DNA from: Candidatus Babeliales bacterium
GTDB lineage: Bacteria > Babelota > Babeliae > Babelales > JACPOV01
Assembly: GCA_050250855.1 (NCBI GenBank)
Contig: JBFWNW010000001.1
Location: 224,001-288,000, forward strand
DNA: 64,000 nucleotides
Direction: 5' to 3'
The translations under genes were made by a program, and so were the position numbers. Below are positions 59,669-64,000 of the stretch, piece after piece (position 1 is the first letter of the stretch; each line of letters begins with the position of its first letter). The notes under the pieces are model-generated. The model was not told where the DNA came from. It saw only the letters and a list, made by a program, of their open reading frames with translations, and did no database searches.

Positions 59669-60544
59669 ATGTTTAAATCTTGTAAGAATGAAGTTATCTT
59701 AAAATCGTATATTTTTTTTATATTTATTGCTGTTTTTACTAGTTATGCTGCACGAGAGCCCGTTGTAACGCATAAAAAACATAAGCGGTATCAACCGTTG
59801 CTTTGTAGAGATCGTCCGTATAGAAGTTGCCTGAATAAGTTTGGTTTTATTGTAGGTGATATTGTACAGGATGCTTTAAAACTTAACTGGTATTTATTTT
59901 CTGTTACCTCTGCAAAAGTTATAACAGGATTTATACCTCCTTATCTTTTGACGCGCCAATTTGATGAACGTATTCAATGTCACTTTTATGATGAAGCATG
60001 CCACAAAAATGTTAATCAATTTCCCAAGGCATGCCATACGATAGCAAAGAATGGTGTTGGTATTCCTATGGTTCTTCTTTCAAGTCTTGTTGTTTTTGCA
60101 CCAGATGAAGATTTGCGGCAAACGGCACGTATGTTTATTATAGGTTTGCCATTTGTACATTCAGGTAAAGATATCATAAAAAAAATGCGCTCAAAATGTT
60201 GTTTGCGGCCGTGGAATGAGAATTTTAGTTGTACCAAGCGTTCTTCTGGCGGTTTTCCATCAGGTCATATGGCGAATGTAACGTACGCGGCAACACTTTT
60301 TGGTATTCGTCATGGCCTTGAATGGGCCATTCCACTCAGTTGTTTGGCGGCATTTGTTTTTGCAGATTTTGTTAATTGTAATCGCCACTATGTTTCACAG
60401 CTTATTGCCGGTGCAGGGCTTGGCGTTTTGTATGCTCTGGCAGCTGACCAAGTAATTAAACGAAAATTTTCTGAGCACTGCTCATGCAGCGTAGGGCGTG
60501 ATGAACAGGGCCATTCGACAATTAAGGTAGCGTATAAGTTTTAG
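59669..60544 (+). CDS. PAP2-family phosphatase-like membrane protein
   Basis: K.....LRP, FPSGH, RHYVSQL; the ORF extension to 59534 translates repeat DNA. Confidence 0.8.
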   Translation: MFKSCKNEVILKSYIFFIFIAVFTSYAAREPVVTHKKHKRYQPLLCRDRPYRSCLNKFGFIVGDIVQDALKLNWYLFSVTSAKVITGFIPPYLLTRQFDERIQCHFYDEACHKNVNQFPKACHTIAKNGVGIPMVLLSSLVVFAPDEDLRQTARMFIIGLPFVHSGKDIIKKMRSKCCLRPWNENFSCTKRSSGGFPSGHMANVTYAATLFGIRHGLEWAIPLSCLAAFVFADFVNCNRHYVSQLIAGAGLGVLYALAADQVIKRKFSEHCSCSVGRDEQGHSTIKVAYKF

Positions 60545-60622
60545 ACTCTTGTTCTCCTGTCTTACGCTCTATATACTTAAAAAAGATAGTAAAAATTATG
60601 GCCATAAAAAAGTAAAAATAAT

Positions 60623-61429
60623 ATGCCTCATATAACGATTCGTCATATTTTTTTTACCGCTATTCTAGGTATTCTACTCTTTTTTGTAGGGACATCATTA
60701 CTAGTAGCCGGTAAATCTTTATTATATATGGTAACGTCTACCGTAACCTATCCCTTTTTGTATGTACAAAAGAGCATTGCGCAACCTATTAATTCTTTTT
60801 TTGAGCGTAGGAAAACAACGCAAGAGCTTTTAGAACAGATCAAACAGCTGCAACAAGAACGTGAAATGCTTATAGAATATACCGTGGCGCTTGAAGCGGA
60901 ATTTGATTTTGCAGCAGAAACTAAAGAGCTCATACAATTTTGCAAGCGCTATGATATGTATGAAAAACATTTAGCACAAGTTCTTTTGCGTAATTTTTCT
61001 GATCAAGGACATTTTTTCTTAGTTGAAGGTGGTTCTAGAAAAGGTATTGAAGTTGATATGGTGGCCATTTATAAAAACTGTTTAATTGGTCGCGTAGTAG
61101 AAGTATATCCTTATTATGCCAAAGTAGTATTGATCAGCGATAAACAATGCAAAGTTGCTGCCTATTGCGCACAAACAAAAACCGAAGGTATTTATGAAGG
61201 GCTGAATCAGCCTGATGGATCTCTTGCTCATGTCAGCCATTTAAAGCCATTACAAAAAGATGAACGGGTGATCTCTAGTGGCCAAGGGTTAGTATTTCCG
61301 CGCGGCTTTGGATTAGGTAAAATAAATTCTTACGAACTTGATGGTATTTATTACAAAGTACACGTTGCACCCCTGCTTGATTTGACAACAATTTCTTGTT
61401 GTTATTTGATCAAGAAGGGAACAGATTAA
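60623..61429 (+). CDS. mreC: Rod shape-determining protein MreC
   Basis: N-terminal TM, coiled coil, LIGRVVEV, SSGQGLVFPRG. Confidence 0.9.
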   Translation: MPHITIRHIFFTAILGILLFFVGTSLLVAGKSLLYMVTSTVTYPFLYVQKSIAQPINSFFERRKTTQELLEQIKQLQQEREMLIEYTVALEAEFDFAAETKELIQFCKRYDMYEKHLAQVLLRNFSDQGHFFLVEGGSRKGIEVDMVAIYKNCLIGRVVEVYPYYAKVVLISDKQCKVAAYCAQTKTEGIYEGLNQPDGSLAHVSHLKPLQKDERVISSGQGLVFPRGFGLGKINSYELDGIYYKVHVAPLLDLTTISCCYLIKKGTD

Positions 61430-61430
61430 A

Positions 61431-62330
61431 TTATTTTATTGCACAGCTTAGTAACGCTTTTCTAATCATACCCTCAAGCGGTGAGCTTGCATCTTCTGTA
61501 GGATCTTGTTGTCCCATAAAGTAGCCAAGCCAGCCACGTGCAGATTCTGAAGGTTTTATCCATTCTATTTTTTCTTCAATCAATGCAGCTTTTTTAAGAT
61601 AAGCAATAGCGTTAGAAAGTGAGCCAAGCTCATCAACAAGGCCATTCTGTAACGCTTGTTTGCCGGTAAAGAGTTTACCATTTGCCCATTCAGGGGCTTT
61701 TGCTAATGATATTCTTTTTCTATTGCGCGCAACGTGTTCAATAAAGGTTTGGTAACTATCGTGCGTAATACCTTCTAAATGTACCAGTTCTTCTTGAGTA
61801 GGGTTGGTAAAGGGATTGGTTGAATCTTTGTAATCGCCGGTTTTTATTGATTCATATGTAATATTGTGGTGGGCTAAAAAGTTTTTTACTTTAAATTGAT
61901 TCGGAATGGTGGTCCCAATGCTCCCGATGATAGTAGAGGGGGAAGCGATAACATGATCTGTTGTTGCAGCAATAAGGTAAGCGCCCGATGCACAGATATT
62001 TTCCGTTAACACAATAATAGGTTTAGGATATTTTTTCTTATAAAATTCAATTTCATTAGCAATCGCTTCTGCTGATCCTGCGGTGGTTCCTGAAGATTCT
62101 ATTTTAACCAAAATGGCTTTGATTTCGGGGTTTTTGTAGAACTTTTTGAGATATTTGATGTAATGCGAGGAATTGCTTACCATGCCATTGATAGGCAGGT
62201 ACGCTACTTTTGTGTGCGGTTTGAGTGCATCAAAATACTGCTTTTTTATGCTATGCAAGAGTGGTGGTGCTATTTGTAAGAGAATAAGAACGAAGAAAAT
62301 CGTTTTTAAATAATCGGTTATTTTCGCCAT
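61431..62330 (-). CDS. sppA: Signal peptide peptidase, S49 family
   Basis: CASGAYLIA, IGSIG, KTGDYKD, GKLFTGKQA..GLVDELG. Confidence 0.93.
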   Translation of the reverse strand: MAKITDYLKTIFFVLILLQIAPPLLHSIKKQYFDALKPHTKVAYLPINGMVSNSSHYIKYLKKFYKNPEIKAILVKIESSGTTAGSAEAIANEIEFYKKKYPKPIIVLTENICASGAYLIAATTDHVIASPSTIIGSIGTTIPNQFKVKNFLAHHNITYESIKTGDYKDSTNPFTNPTQEELVHLEGITHDSYQTFIEHVARNRKRISLAKAPEWANGKLFTGKQALQNGLVDELGSLSNAIAYLKKAALIEEKIEWIKPSESARGWLGYFMGQQDPTEDASSPLEGMIRKALLSCAIK

Positions 62331-62433
62331 ATAATTCCTAAAAAAAGGTGAACCTATAAGGTTTAATTTTTAGCCTGTTGTTAGTATATACAAAAAGGAA
62401 TGAAAAATTAAAACAGTTTTTGGCTTTTTTCTT

Positions 62434-62462
62434 TTGACTTTTCTCATCTTTTTCTCTACACT
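62434..62462 (+). promoter_or_regulatory. Putative sigma70 promoter of the tRNA cluster
   Basis: TTGACT-17 nt-TACACT. Confidence 0.65.
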
Positions 62463-62514
62463 TTTCATTACAATTAAGGTTACTTGAGAGAGAAACCTTT
62501 GAAATGTAGATTAG

Positions 62515-62591
62515 GGGCGGTTAGCTCAGTTGGTTAGAGCACCAGTCTTACAAACTGGGGGTCACAGGTTCGAATCCTGTATCGCCCACCA
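62515..62591 (+). tRNA. tRNA-Val(TAC)
   Basis: CCAGT-CTTACAA-ACTGG anticodon arm, CCA. Confidence 0.97.
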
Positions 62592-62642
62592 GGCTTCGCT
62601 TATCCGGGTTTTCAAACTCGGCAAGCTTCGCCCGGCGAGGCC
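62592..62642 (+). repeat. Family B palindromic repeat directly after tRNA-Val
   Basis: GGCTTCGCT-hairpin-AGCTTCGCCCGGCGAGGCC. Confidence 0.7.
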
Positions 62643-62654
62643 ATGAAAAATTAT

Positions 62655-62730
62655 TCCTCGGTAGCTCAGTTGGTAGAGCACACGACTGTTAATCGTTAGG
62701 TCGCAGGTTCGAGTCCTGCCCGAGGAGCCA
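62655..62730 (+). tRNA. tRNA-Asn(GTT)
   Basis: TCCTCGG/CCGAGGA acceptor, loop CTGTTAA, CCA. Confidence 0.97.
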
Positions 62731-62769
62731 GTTTATTCTAGCAGGCGGTCTTAATAGTATTCGATAATT

Positions 62770-62849
62770 GGGGCTGTAGCTCAGTATTTGGTTAGAGCGT
62801 TCGCCTGTCAAGCGAGAGGTCGCGAGTTCGAGTCTCGTCAGCCCCGCCA
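62770..62849 (+). tRNA. tRNA-Asp(GTC), variant with enlarged D-loop
   Basis: GGGGCTG/CAGCCCC acceptor, loop CTGTCAA, CCA. Confidence 0.95.
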
Positions 62850-62927
62850 TCTTTTTAGATATTTTATTTACAATTTTCTCTAGCTTCTTGCAAAAACCCC
62901 TAAGTTTTGAGAAGCTTAAATCTATTA

Positions 62928-63005
62928 GGGGCTGTAGCTCAGTTTGGTTAGAGCGTTCGCCTGTCACGCGAAAGGTCGCGAGTTCGAGTCTCGTCAGCCC
63001 CGCCA
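62928..63005 (+). tRNA. tRNA-Asp(GTC)
   Basis: GGGGCTG/CAGCCCC acceptor, loop CTGTCAC, CCA. Confidence 0.97.
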
Positions 63006-63041
63006 GTCTCCGCTCCTTTTGGAGCTTCGGCCGGCACGGCC
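63006..63041 (+). repeat. Family B palindromic repeat directly after tRNA-Asp
   Basis: GTCTCCGCTCC-tttt-GGAGCTTCGGCCGGCACGGCC. Confidence 0.7.
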
Positions 63042-63104
63042 ATTTTTTTAACGGAACTATTTAAAAATAATTACTTTTTTCCAGGCAACTCTTTGATTTG
63101 TGAA

Positions 63105-63998
63105 TTAATTATCTATAAAAGCTTTTAATGCTTGCCCTGTTAAAGAATCTTTATTGTGGGCAATTTCTTGTGGCGTGCCGCTTGCAACAATGGTACCGCC
63201 AGCACTTCCGCCGCCCGGGCCAAAATCGATAATAGTATCGGCATTCATTATAGCATCTATATTATGTTCAATTACCACCACCGTATTTCCTTGAGCTACC
63301 AATTTTTTTAGAATAGTAAGTAATTTTTCTACTTCCTGAGGATGCAGGCCTGTTGTTGGTTCATCAAGCAAGTAAAGGGTATTTCCCGTTTCAGCTTTGG
63401 CTAATTCAGCCGCTAGCTTAATGCGTTGTGCTTCGCCGCCCGATAAGGTTGACGTAGATTGCCCTAAGGTAAGATACTCTAAACCTACTTGCTTCATTAC
63501 CTCTAAAAGGGCGAAAATCTTTTTTTCATGTTTAAATACCGCAAGGGCATCGCTTACTGCCATAGCTAAAACGTTTGCAATAGAATAGCCCTTGAATTGT
63601 ATTGCTAATATATCTTCATTAAATCGCGTACCGTTGCATACGGGGCATTCTTTTTGGATGTCGGGCATAAAGGTCATATCAACTTCCACGACGCCAGCGC
63701 CATTACAATTTTGGCAACGTTGATCGGAACTATTGAAAGAAAATTTTTCTGCACCAAAGCCACGATTTTTTGCTTCTGGCAAAGCGGCAAATAAATCTCT
63801 TATATGATCAAAGAGTTTTGTATACGTTGCTACGTTGGAGCGGGTTGATTTTGTACTACCTATGGCGCTTTGATCAACGGTAATTATACGATTACAATAA
63901 TCTAACCCTTCAAGCGAAGTATGTTTTCCTGGTATTTCGCGCGCATTATTAAAATGTTTTCGTGCAGCTTTGTCTACAATATCAAATAAGAAGGTTGA
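63105..63998 (-). CDS. uvrA: Excinuclease ABC subunit A (or UvrA-like paralog), C-terminal part; 5' end outside window
   Basis: Frame open to the edge (STFLFDI...VDQSAIG...RSNVATYT); FSFN..RC..C.G, LSGGEAQRIKLA, LDEPTTGLH. Confidence 0.92.
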   Translation of the reverse strand, partial: STFLFDIVDKAARKHFNNAREIPGKHTSLEGLDYCNRIITVDQSAIGSTKSTRSNVATYTKLFDHIRDLFAALPEAKNRGFGAEKFSFNSSDQRCQNCNGAGVVEVDMTFMPDIQKECPVCNGTRFNEDILAIQFKGYSIANVLAMAVSDALAVFKHEKKIFALLEVMKQVGLEYLTLGQSTSTLSGGEAQRIKLAAELAKAETGNTLYLLDEPTTGLHPQEVEKLLTILKKLVAQGNTVVVIEHNIDAIMNADTIIDFGPGGGSAGGTIVASGTPQEIAHNKDSLTGQALKAFIDN

Positions 63999-64000
63999 TT

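Noticed and set aside
62689..62967. 92-aa minus-strand ORF
   Set aside because: Antisense shadow of tRNA genes.

Overview
AT-rich bacterial chromosome segment. A reduced, host-associated lineage such as Candidatus Dependentiae (TM6/Babelota) is my inference, from the many signal-peptide orphan proteins, the missing L30, fragmented operons and an archaeal-type ATP-dependent ligase; it is not verified. Bases 1-17.6 kb hold the fusA-tuf/S10/spc/alpha ribosomal super-operon. It has no rpmD, an N-terminally shortened S4, and an rpmJ that the ORF track misses. The rest is housekeeping genes (sbcC, PMM/PGM, nfo, gap, rnhA, putP, tatD, hup, serS, secD, pgsA, plsY, rsmG, gatCA, prs, mreC, sppA, partial uvrA), 7 tRNAs and many exported hypothetical proteins. 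Highlights: (1) at 33.2-36.4 kb, five paralogous exported, tail-anchored proteins with a BC/SOCS-box-like motif form an array punctuated by ~42-bp copies of the 3' end of the neighbouring hydrolase gene, diverged almost only at synonymous sites; (2) a secreted vanadium-haloperoxidase-family gene with an altered active-site motif sits behind a beta-barrel-like gene; (3) a secreted, catalytically dead paralog of a 2H phosphoesterase; (4) a ~400-bp multi-hairpin element closed by inverted repeats, plus two families of dispersed palindromic repeats.
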